Positions 1 to 9,589 of a DNA stretch of 64,000 nt are shown here, in pieces; position 1 is the first letter of the stretch, and every line of letters starts with the position of its first letter. The stretch is from contig CAWJKZ010000013.1 of NCBI GenBank assembly GCA_963843575.1, positions 192,001 through 256,000 of the forward strand, read 5' to 3'. Position numbers and translations under genes: made by a program. The notes beneath the pieces are model-generated. The model did no database searches. It saw only the letters and a list, made by a program, of their open reading frames with translations, and was not told the DNA's origin. The DNA is from an uncultured Acidobacteriota bacterium (GTDB lineage: Bacteria > Acidobacteriota > UBA6911).

Positions 1-2
1 CC

Positions 3-440
3 CACAACCGCAACTACAGTTTGGAACTCAACTACGACCCGACCGAACGCTACCATCTCAGCCTGGACTACTCCCGCTCCAGCATTCTCTCCGATATCTC
101 GATCCTGCTCCCGCAGACGCTTCGGCTCGACCGGTCCCTCTTCGACGAAAAGAGCCACGGCCTGGGCGGCAGCATGGGGGTCGGCTTGTACCGCGGGACG
201 CGCGTCGATTTCGGCTACCGGGGGATTTTCAACAGCGGCACCGCGCCGCTGGCGTACCACCAGCCTTTCGCGGAGCTGACGGTGCCCCTGCAGCACCGGC
301 TGGCGTTCAAGACTTACTGGCAGTACTTCGGATACAACGAGAAGTCACCCTTCGGCGGGACCACGATCGACCGGGGTCCGCGTGGGTTCCAGGATTTTCA
401 CACGCACCTGGTGACATTCTCGATCGCCTACCTGTATTAG
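3..440 (+). CDS. Outer-membrane beta-barrel protein, C-terminal part (5' truncated by window edge)
   Basis: Frame open from base 3 (HNRNYSLELNYDP...). Alternating amphipathic beta-strand pattern ending ...HLVTFSIAYLY with a terminal aromatic residue typical of BAM substrates. Confidence 0.6.
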   Translation, partial: HNRNYSLELNYDPTERYHLSLDYSRSSILSDISILLPQTLRLDRSLFDEKSHGLGGSMGVGLYRGTRVDFGYRGIFNSGTAPLAYHQPFAELTVPLQHRLAFKTYWQYFGYNEKSPFGGTTIDRGPRGFQDFHTHLVTFSIAYLY

Positions 441-501
441 GGCCAATTAGAGCACAAAGCATCACGAAAACGTTACGGCGCCGCGATTCCCCACCACAAT
501 A

Positions 502-680
502 CATGTGGGTCCGGGCTTCAGCCCGGACGTCTCTTGATCTGACCTAATGTGGCGACGGGCCACGTTATAGCGACCGCAAACAGCGTCCGGGCTGAAGCCC
601 GGACCCACATGAATTGTGTTTGGGTCGGGCGCCAACCCTTGGACAGCCTCTTCAAGCCCGGACGCAGTTTGCAGTCGCTA
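502..680. repeat. REP/REPIN-like cluster, copy 1
   Basis: GTGG-GTCCGGGC-TTCA-GCCCGGAC at 505-528, inverted copy at 585-608, third degenerate unit near 640-664. The same unit and spacers recur near 15761, 38755 and 57651. Confidence 0.85.
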
Positions 681-734
681 TGCTGGGGAGCTGGAGCTCA
701 ATGAGCTCTTGCTCCTGAATCGGACGCCCCCCCC

Positions 735-866
735 AAAAAAATCAGCGCCCTTCCTCCGGGAAGAAGAAGGGCGCCGCTCGGGTGTAGGTGGGTATTAAGG
801 GTGGAAAGGAGGTTGTATGTCGGAACGATTCTCCTTCTTTGGGTTGTACTTTGCTCTATCCGACAT
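735..866 (-). ncRNA. Putative sigma54-dependent small RNA, copy A
   Basis: Paralog of 1060-1162. Shares 5' TCGGATAGAGCAAAG, core AACCTCCTTTCCACCC and terminator GGCGCCCTTCTTC-TTCCCG-GAGGAAGGGCGCT followed by a U-run. -24/-12 motif immediately upstream. Confidence 0.65.
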
Positions 867-873
867 TAGTGGA

Positions 874-889
874 AGCACACTTTGCGCCA
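874..889 (-). promoter_or_regulatory. sigma54 (-24/-12) promoter for sRNA copy A
   Basis: TGGCGCAAAGTGTGCT on the - strand with GG-N10-GC spacing. Predicted start (~863-866) coincides with the start of homology to copy B. Confidence 0.55.
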
Positions 890-1059
890 TCGGCTTCGCC
901 TGCTGCCGAATTGTGCCATAATCGTTTTCTGCTAAATCACTTACGAAAGAACACGTCGGTTGGGATGCAGCGGAAGTACAGCAGAATTTGGGTTTACTCA
1001 CCCGATGAGCGGGTTATTTGGCACAAATTTGGCCTGATGCCGCGCCTGCATGTCCCGAC

Positions 1060-1162
1060 AAAAAATCAGCGCCCCTCCTCCGGGAAGAGGAGGGGCGCCG
1101 CTCGGGTGTAGGTGGGTATAAGGGTGGAAAGGAGGTTTATAACTCCTTTGCTCTATCCGAGA
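1060..1162 (-). ncRNA. Putative sigma54-dependent small RNA, copy B
   Basis: CTCGGATAGAGC-AAAGGAG-TTATAAAC-CTCCTTT-CCACCC...CCCGAGC then terminator GGCGCCCCTCCTC-TTCCCG-GAGGAGGGGCGCT followed by a U-run. Compensatory change in the terminator stem relative to copy A. Confidence 0.65.
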
Positions 1163-1171
1163 TTATCTATT

Positions 1172-1188
1172 AGCAAGCCCTCATGCCA
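1172..1188 (-). promoter_or_regulatory. sigma54-like promoter for sRNA copy B
   Basis: TGGCATGAGGGCTTGCT on the - strand. Both boxes are near-consensus but spacing is GG-N11-GC, one base too long; the GGG run could be an indel error. Confidence 0.45.
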
Positions 1189-1448
1189 GTTTGAATGGGC
1201 TGGTTGGTATTCCTGTAAAGTTGGCAACAGCAAATCTTACCGCTGTATTTCGCCGCAGCCTCAAATCGGCGCTCGGTCTTTTTCGGGTGATCTGAGCCAA
1301 CAACGGTGGTAAAACACCCACTCACACGTTCTAAGTGCGCGGTTCCGCTTGAATGCCATTCTCGTGCCTGGCAGCGGGGTCGTGTAAACCTTTCGGTTGC
1401 TTCAATGTATCGGGGCGGCATGATAACCTATTACGGTGGCCGACATAT

Positions 1449-2330
1449 ATGAAGCGTGACACGGAGCAGTACAGTAGTGGTGTGCGGAGGGTTCTCGTCA
1501 TTACCCTTGCGCTGAACCTCGCTGTCGTGGCAGGGAAGCTGTTCGCCGGCATCCTGGCCGGTTCCCTGAGCGTGGTCAGCGACGCGCTGCACTCCTCGGC
1601 GGATTCGCTGAACAACATCGTCGGGATCTTTATAATCCGGGTCGCGAGCACGGCCCCCGACAAGGAGCATCCTTACGGCCACCACAAGTACGAGACGCTG
1701 GGAGCCTTCGGAATCGCGTGGTTCCTCCTTGTGACCGCCTTCCAGGTGGGTCAAGGCGCGGTCAAGCGGCTGCTGGGTTGGACACAGTCGGACGTCGAGG
1801 TCACCTCGCTGACGCTCGGAATTATGGTGGCAACACTTCTTGTGAACTTTTTCGTGTGGTTTTACGAGCGCCGGCGTGCGCGTGAGCTCGACAGCGCATT
1901 CCTGATGGCCGACTCGCAGCACACCCTGAGCGATATCGGGGTAAGCACGTCGATCCTGATCGGTCTGCTGCTGCTGCGCTTCGGGATCATCGACTTGGAC
2001 GCCGTGCTGGCCCTTGCGGTCGCCGGCATCATCACGTTCGCAGCCTACCAGATATTCGCGAGCACCATCCCCGTCCTGGTGGATCGGGCGCCGGTGGCGC
2101 CGGAGTTCGTCGCCGAAATCGTCCGCTCGACCCCGGGGGTGGAGTCCGTGCACGGTATCATGTCGCGCGGGGTGCCCGGCATGACCTTCATTTCCATGCA
2201 CCTGGTGGTGACTCCGCTGAGCACGCCCGAAGCCCACGCCATCACCGAGGATGTGGAGCGCAGGCTGGCGGAAAAGGTCGGTCCTTGCGAGGTGACGATC
2301 CACATCGAACCCGATGACAGGAGTTCCTAA
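1449..2330 (+). CDS. Cation diffusion facilitator (CDF) family transporter, FieF-like
   Basis: SDALHSSAD, APDKEHPYGHHKYETL and DSQHTLSD motifs; six TM helices; C-terminal HIEP dimerisation domain. Confidence 0.92.
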   Translation: MKRDTEQYSSGVRRVLVITLALNLAVVAGKLFAGILAGSLSVVSDALHSSADSLNNIVGIFIIRVASTAPDKEHPYGHHKYETLGAFGIAWFLLVTAFQVGQGAVKRLLGWTQSDVEVTSLTLGIMVATLLVNFFVWFYERRRARELDSAFLMADSQHTLSDIGVSTSILIGLLLLRFGIIDLDAVLALAVAGIITFAAYQIFASTIPVLVDRAPVAPEFVAEIVRSTPGVESVHGIMSRGVPGMTFISMHLVVTPLSTPEAHAITEDVERRLAEKVGPCEVTIHIEPDDRSS

Positions 2331-2382
2331 CGGGGCCGGCGGCGGGGCAGATCCCATCGTTGACGGCCGGCGTGAACCTTCC

Positions 2383-4484
2383 ATGATGAACCCGGGCAAG
2401 CCGAAACCAGACCTCCTGCGTGCGGACTCGATCGAGTTTGCGGACGTGTTCAATGCCGATCCCGTATCGGGCCGCATCACGCTCGGGAACGACCGCTACG
2501 TGATGTTCGATGCGGAGGCTGTCGGCAAGATGCGCCGGGAGCTGATCGACAATCTCGGGTGGGAGGTTGCGCGCGGCATCCTCGAGCGTGTGGGTTACCA
2601 GTCCGGACGAAACGACGCCCGTCAACTGGGGGCGCGCTACAGTTGGCCGTCCGATGAGGAGTGGCTCCGGGCCGGGCCTCGCCTGCATTTCCTGGAAGGG
2701 ATGGTCAAGGTTCGGGTGCGCGAACTGGACTTCGCACGCGGGGAACGCCGGTTTCGCATGAAGGGCGACTGGATCGAGTCCTACGAAGCCGAGCAGCACC
2801 TGAAGCAATACGGCGTCGGGTCCAGACCGGTCTGCTGGTCGCTCGAGGGCTACGCCACAGGGTATGCGAGCGAGTTTTTCGGCGAGGACATCGTCTGCTT
2901 CGAGGTCAGCTGCCGGGGCAAGGGCGACCCGGTTTGCAGCTTCGAGCTGCGGCCCTCCCGGGAGTGGGGCGGGGCCGCGCTCCCGATGCAGGAGATGCTG
3001 GCGGCGGTGCGCTTCACCGAGAGGTTCGATCGCTGTCTGCGCTCCATCAGTGAAATGGGGTGCGAGCTCGAACAGAGCTCCCTCGACGCGATTGTCACCA
3101 CCGACGCCAGGGGGATGATCACCTCGTGCAGCCAGGGAGGAAGCGAGCTCCTCGGCCTGCTGCCGGGAGAGGCGGTCGGGAGGCCGGTAAGCGCATTCTA
3201 CGCCAGGGGGCGCGCGGAGGCGGCGCGCCTCATGGAGCGCCTCCGACGCGAGGGCCGCATCCGCTACTATCTCACCGATATCATCACGGCCGGCGGCCGC
3301 AAAACCCCGATCGCCCTGGCGGCGTCGGCGATCAAGAACGCGCTCGGCCACGTCGTCGGTACTATCGGGGTGGCCCACAACCTCACCGAGATCCGGCGGC
3401 TCGAGGATGAGCTCGCCGCCAAGAACAGGTTCATGGCCAATATCCTGCAGGATTCGGCCGACGCGATCATCACGATGGACCCGGACGGCACCATCACGTC
3501 CTGGAACCGCGGCGCGGAATCCATCTTCGGCTATCCCGCCGACGAGGTGCTGGGCCGGTCCATCGAGGTCATCGTTCCCGCCGATCTACTGCGCGGCCAA
3601 CGAACTGGAACGGATCGCGCAGCGCGTCAGGAGCTCACGGGCGCGGTCCGCAACTACCAGACCGAGCGCATGACGAAGGACGGCCGGCGGCTCCAGGTGA
3701 TTTTCACCCGCACGGCGATCCGCGACGAAACCGGGCGCGTCGTCGGCAGTTCCGCGGTCCTGAAGGACGTCACCACGTTCCGGAACCTGGAACGGCAGCT
3801 TGCCGACGCCGAGCACCTGGCGACCCTGGGAGAGCTCTCGGCCGGGCTGGCGCACGAGATCAAGAACCCGCTCGCCGGCATCAAGGGCGCGATCGATGTC
3901 ATCCGCGACTCGCTCCCTGTCAACCGACCTGCACCGGGACGTGCTCGGGGACGTGTTGCACGAGGTGAACCGGATCGACAGGATCGTGCGGGACCTGCTG
4001 AACTATGCCAAGCCGAAGCCCCCCTCGCTCAACGCCATCGCGCTCCCGGAGGTGGCGCAGAGGCTGGTCGCCATGGCGCGCAAGTCCCCGAAGACCGAAG
4101 GCGTCTCGATCCGAGCTCGAGCAGTCCGGGGACATCCCCGGTTTCACGGGGGACGAAACGCAGCTCGAACAGGTGCTGCTGAACCTTCTGCTGAACGCCC
4201 AGAGCGCCGTCTCCCCCGGGGGCCACATCCTCGTCCGGCTGGCGTTCGAACCCGAGGAGCTGACGATCCGGATGGAGGTGGCGGACGACGGGCCGGGCAT
4301 ACCGGACGAGATCCGGAAACGCATCTTCCAGCCGTTTTTTACGACCCGGACGGAGGGGACCGGGTTGGGGCTGGCAACTTGCCTCAAAAACGTGCAGTAT
4401 CATGGCGGGACCATCAACGTGTTCAGTGCGCAGGGTCAGGGGACGCGGTTTGTCGTCACCTTGCCGCTGCTTTGTCGCTTTTAG
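2383..4484 (+). CDS. Sensor histidine kinase with XylR-N/V4R, two PAS, HisKA and HATPase domains (frameshifted near 3590-3630, 3920, 4110)
   Basis: V4R-like PVCWSLEGYATGY...EVSCRGKGDPVCSF; PAS repeats DAIITMDPDGTITSWNRGAE; H-box LAHEIKNPL; N, G1, F and G2 boxes (QVLLNLLLNA, DDGPGI, FQPFFTT, GTGLGL) spread over three frames. Confidence 0.85.
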
Positions 4485-4496
4485 GCGATCTGACGC

Positions 4497-5884
4497 ATGC
4501 CCAAGGAAACGATACTCGTAGTCGACGATGAACGCCTCGTGCGCTGGTCGCTCCAGCAGAAGCTCGAGCAGTGGGGCTATCACGTCAGCCTCGCCGAGGA
4601 TGGCGCCACGGCGCTGGGCCGCGTCCAGCTCGACAATCCGGACCTGATCACCCTCGACGTGAAGCTTCCCGGATATGACCGGGATCGAGGTCCTGTCGGA
4701 GCTGCGCAACCGCAACGTGCACGTGCCCGTGATCGTGATCACGGCCTTCGGCGTGGTCGACGACGCCGTGCGCAGCCTCAAGCTCGGCGCCTACGATTTC
4801 ATCGAGAAGCCGATCAACTTCGAGAAGCTGGAGAATTCCGTCCGCAACGCCCTGGAAACGCGCCGGCTGCGCACCGAGGTCGCGCGCACGCACGAAATCC
4901 AGCGCAGCGAGTTCAGCGTCGACCGGATCATCGGCGTCTCCGACCACATCCGGGAGGTCCGCGAACTGATCAAGAAGATCGCCGGCAGCGAGGCTTCGAC
5001 CATCCTGATCCAGGGGGAGAGCGGGACCGGCAAGGACCTCGTCGCCCACGCCATCCACTACGAGTCGACGCGCCGCGACCGCCCCTTTTTCGCCATCAAC
5101 TGCGCCGCCATCCCCGAAAACCTGATGGAGTCCGAGCTGTTCGGCCACGAAAAGGGAGCCTTCACCGACGCCCGCTCCCAGAAAAAGGGGATGTTCGAAA
5201 TGGCCGACGGCGGCACCCTGTTCCTGGACGAGGTCAGCGAAATGACCCTCGGGATGCAGGCGAAGCTGCTGCGGGTCCTCGAAGGGCAGTCCTTCCGGCG
5301 CGTCGGCGGCGTCAAGAACATCAACGTCGATGTGCGCGTGATCGTCGCCTCCAACCGCAATCTCGAGGATGCCGTGCGGACCTCGAGGTTCCGGCAGGAC
5401 CTCTATTTCCGGCTCGCCATCATCCCCGCTGACCCTGCACCCGCTGCGGGAACACAAGGACGACATCCCGGCGCTGCTCGAGCACTTCATCCAATACTAC
5501 AACCAGAAATTCCGGAAGAGCATCCAGGGGCTCACGAAAGACGCCGAGGAACTGCTCCTGAACTACGACTGGCCCGGCAACATCCGCGAGCTCAAGAACG
5601 CCATCGAGAGGGTCATGATCCTGGCGGACGGAAACCGGGTGGCTTCGAAATACCTGCCGATCCGGATCTCCGAGGGGGGAGTGCTCCCCGTGCCGATGGG
5701 AGACGGGCAGGGCAACGGCGGCATCCAGCTGCCGGCCGGCGGCACTTCGCTCTACGACGTCGAACGCGAACTCATCCGCCAGGCGCTGGAACAATCCCGG
5801 GGCAACAAGACCACCGCAGCCCGTCTCCTCCGCATCACCCGCGACACCTTGCGCTACAAGGTGAAAAAGTACAACCTGGACTGA
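4497..5884 (+). CDS. sigma54-dependent response regulator, NtrC/AtoC family (frameshifted near 4670 and 5425)
   Basis: REC domain (ILVVDDE...LDVKLP), Walker [39 protein letters not shown], Fis-type HTH at the C-terminus. Confidence 0.9.
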
Positions 5885-5898
5885 ATCCGGCAACGACT

Positions 5899-8800
5899 AT
5901 GAAAAACCACCGCCCGCCTCTGCGCGTCGCCGTCGCAATCCTGCTGTCCGCCGCGGCTGTCCTGTCCACGCTCTACCTGGGCCGCGTCGGCGCTTCCCCG
6001 GCGCCTCAAGCGGCCCCGGACAAGACCGCAGCCGAAGCGGCCCGCAGGCGGGCCGTCGGAGACGGTCCTGCGTCTCAACAATCTCGGCATCGCCGAGTTG
6101 GAGCAGTTTCACTTCACGCAGGCAGCCTCCTATTTCGAGAAGGCGCGGGCCCAGGCGCCGCACCTGGTGCCCCTCGCCGTAAACCTGGCCATCGCTCTCT
6201 TCTACGACCGGAAGAACGACGAGGCCGAAGCGCATCCTGAAAGGCGTCGTGGCGACAGACCCGAAGCAGCGGGAAGCTCACTACGTGCTCGGGTTGTTGC
6301 ACCGCTCAACGGGAAGCAACGAGGAAGCGCTGGCTGACATGAAGGCGGCGCTCGCGCTCGATCCGCAGGATCCGGCCACACTTTACTTCGCCGGGGCTCT
6401 GAACTCGGCCCAGCACAACTGGGAGCCTGCCGTCCGCTACCTGCGTGACGCCTTGGCGCGCGAACCATTCAACGTATCCATCTACTATGCGCTGGCGACC
6501 GCGCTCGTGCAAAAGGGGGATACTCCGCAGGCCGAGAAGGTGATGGCCCAGTTTCAGGAGCTCAAGTCGCGCGGCACCGGGACGAGTTATGGCAACCAGT
6601 ACCTGGAGCAGGGGCGCTATGCGCAGGCCATTCAAATCCCGGGCCCGGGCGGGCCGTTCGGCCTGCCCGGCGCCCGCCCCCGCTTTACCGACCTATCCGC
6701 CGCCGGCGGGTTGACCTTTGTCCATGCGGGTCCCCGCGAGGCACCGCTCTTCGACGGCGCAGGCCGTCCGGACACCGCGGTGCCCGCCGCATTTGGTTCC
6801 GGTCTCGCCTTCCTGGACTACGACGGCGACGGTCGGCCGGACCTCTTCCTCGCCAATGTTTCGGGCCCCGGGGTCCTCTATCGAAACAAGGAGGGTGGCA
6901 CGTTCGAAGCCGTGGCCGCGTCGGGCATCGGCTTCGAGGGGACTGCCATGGGGGTCGCGGCGGGCGACTACGACAACGACGGGTTTCCTGATCTATTCAT
7001 CGCCGGAGTCGATGGGAGCGCGCTCTACCACAACGAGGGGAAGGGGACTTTCAGCGACAAGACGTCGCTCCTTTCCCAGGCCCTCAACGGGTCCTGGGCG
7101 ACGAGCCCGGCGTTCATCGACCTCGATCACGATGGCGACCTCGACCTGTTCATCACTTGTGCCGCCAAACCGGGGCGACCCGCCGCCCGCAACCTGTTGT
7201 ACAGGAACAACGGGGACGGCACGTTTGCCGAATCGGGCGAAGCCGCCGGCACGGCCGCTTCGGGTTTTGCGGCCTCGGCGGTCTACATGGACTACAACGG
7301 TTCCCGCGACATCGACGTGATCGTGCTCGGTGCGCCTCGGTGGAACCTGTACTCGAACAAGCGGGACGGCAGCTTCGCCGACTCGACCGTGGCCGCCGGC
7401 GTTCCGCCTTCCGATGGGTCGCTCGGGGCAGCCGCCGGCGACCTGGACGGCGACGGCCGGATCGATCTGTGCAGCGTGGGGGCCGGCCGTCCGGGAGTCG
7501 CCCGGATCCTATGGAATCAAGGGTCGGCCTACAAGATCCAGGAAGTGCCGCTCCCCTCGAAGGCGCAGCTGTGGAACGTGCGGGCACTGGATTACGACAA
7601 CGACGGCGACCTCGACCTCCTGCTGGCGGGCGACGAACTCCGCCTCCTCGAGAACGACGGCCGCAGGAGCTTTCAGGACGTGACCTCCGCGGTCGGGCTC
7701 GACCGGATCCAGGCTTCAGGGGCGCGCGCCCTCGCCGTGGCCGACTACGACCGGGACGGCGACCCCGATGTCGTCGTCAGCCGGTGCGGCCGGCCGGCCG
7801 TCCTGCTGCGAAACGACGGCGGCAACCGCAACCGCTTTTTCCGGCTCTCCCTGCGGGGCAAGGCGGACAACTACTTCGGCGTGGGAGCGAAAGTCGAGTG
7901 GGCCGCCGGCGGCCTGTGGCAGCACAGGGAACCGGACGGGGACGCGGGTTACATGAGCCAGAGCTCGGGCGAGATGCTGCTCGGACTGGGCAGGTTCGCC
8001 GCACCCGACTACGTCCGGGTTTTGTGGCCTACGGGGGTGCTGCAGTCGGAGATACCCGCCAAGGATGCCGGCAAACTGGTGCTGACCGAACTCGACCGCA
8101 AAGGCACCTCGTGCCCGATTCTATATGCCTGGAACGGAAGCGCCTACGAGTTCGTGACCGATTTCCTCGGCGGCAGCGGCATGGGTTACCTGCAGTCGCC
8201 CGGCAATTACGGCATTCCGGATACGGACGAATACGTCAAGATAACGGGAGCACAACTCCGTCCGCAGGGGGACCGGCTTTCCCTCAAAATGGCAAATCAG
8301 CTCGAAGAAGTCATGCTCTTCGACTCGGTGCGCCTGCTGGCGGTCGATCACGCCGCCCACACCGAAATATTCCCGAACGAACGCCTCATGGCCGCGCCGC
8401 CGTTTCCCGGCCACCGTATCTACACGGCGACTTCGCCCCGGCCCGTCGCGTCGGCCCTGGACGGCAGCGGTGCATCCTGGCAGCACGCGCTGGCAGCCGT
8501 CGACCGGGATTATGTCCGTGGCTTCCGGTTGCTCCCGTTCAAAGGGTATGCCGAGGAGCACACGCTCGAGCTCGGGCTCGGGGACCTTCGCGGGAGCAGC
8601 CGCACCGTGTTGCTCATGGACGGCTGGATCGATTACGCAAACTCCAGCTCCAACTTCTCCGCCGCGCAGGCCGGCGTCAAACTGGTCCCCCCCTATCTGC
8701 AGGTGTGGGATTCCGGTGGCTGGCGCACCGTTATGCACGACATGGGGTTTCCGGCGGGATTGCCCAAAACAATGATCGTCGACCTGTCGGGGAAACTCCC

Positions 8801-9359
8801 GGCCGCCGCACCCGACACGAGGATCCGGGTCGTGACGAGCATGCGGATCTACTGGGACCGTATCCGGATCGAGACGGCTCCGCAGGATGCGCGGCTCACC
8901 GCGACGACCCTGATGCCGCAGGGTGCGCACACTGCGTGGATCGGGTACCCCAGGGAGTGGAGCCCGGACGGGAAGGCGCCGTTCTACTACGACTACTCCC
9001 GGCGCGAGGCCATGGCGCCCTGGAAGCTCCACGCGGGTAACTACACCCCGCTCGGCGGCGTGCGGGAGCTTCTTGACAGCGTGGATGACCGTTACGTCAT
9101 CCTGGCTCACGGGGAGCAGATCACCGCCGAATTCCCGACTGCGCCGCTCCCTGCGCTCCCAGAAGGCTGGGTGCGCGACTGGCTGCTCTATGTCGACGGC
9201 TTTGGCAAGGACATGGACCTGCACTCCCAGTATCCCGATACGGTCGGCCCGCTGCCCAGGCACCGCGATCTCCCGTACCGGGATCCCTCATGGCGCCTCC
9301 CGTCCGATCCCGCTTGGGAGGCTTTCCGGCGCACCTTTCTGACGAGGGCGGGCTGGTGA
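5899..9359 (+). CDS. Exported TPR + FG-GAP/VCBS repeat + ASPIC/UnbV (CRTAC1-like) protein (frameshifted near 6050 and 6235)
   Basis: Signal-like N-terminus [16 protein letters not shown]; TPR repeats; repeated [10 protein letters not shown] and [10 protein letters not shown] Ca-binding loops; LGLG...VLWPTG ASPIC motif; [11 protein letters not shown]-terminal extension. Confidence 0.85.
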
Positions 9360-9360
9360 A

Positions 9361-9472
9361 TCTGGAGTGCGGAGCCTGGGCGCCGCTTTCGTTTTGCGTC
9401 CAACGGCCGAAACGTGCGGCGCCTTGGCGCCGGGATACCGCATTTGGCGGCGTCGAGCGGCCACACTCCAGA
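9361..9472. repeat. Degenerate palindromic intergenic element (TGGAGTGCGG...CACTCCA REP-like type)
   Basis: Terminal arms TCTGGAGTGCGG (9361-9372) and CCACACTCCAGA (9461-9472), directly after a stop codon. Confidence 0.5.
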
Positions 9473-9589
9473 ATCCCAGGCAACGGTGAGGCGTGCGCTG
9501 TATAGCGACCGCGGTAAACGTCGGGGCTTGAAGGCACTCCGGTCTCCGCCGGGATTGCTCTCGGGAACCCAAGGTGCGAGAATGCCGGG

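Noticed and set aside
502-680. Repeats as a CRISPR array
   Set aside because: Units are inverted, spacers are conserved between loci rather than unique, and there are no cas genes. This fits REP/REPIN.
4660-5430. Programmed ribosomal frameshifting in the NtrC-type regulator or kinase
   Set aside because: No consistent slippery heptamer or stimulatory structure, and too many shifts in neighbouring unrelated genes. Sequencing error is more parsimonious.
7157-9040. Long alternative-frame and antisense ORFs (e.g. 7157-9040, 11645-13963, 21550-23058, 41553-42842)
   Set aside because: Arg/Gly/Pro-rich shadow ORFs overlapping well-supported genes; expected in high-GC DNA.
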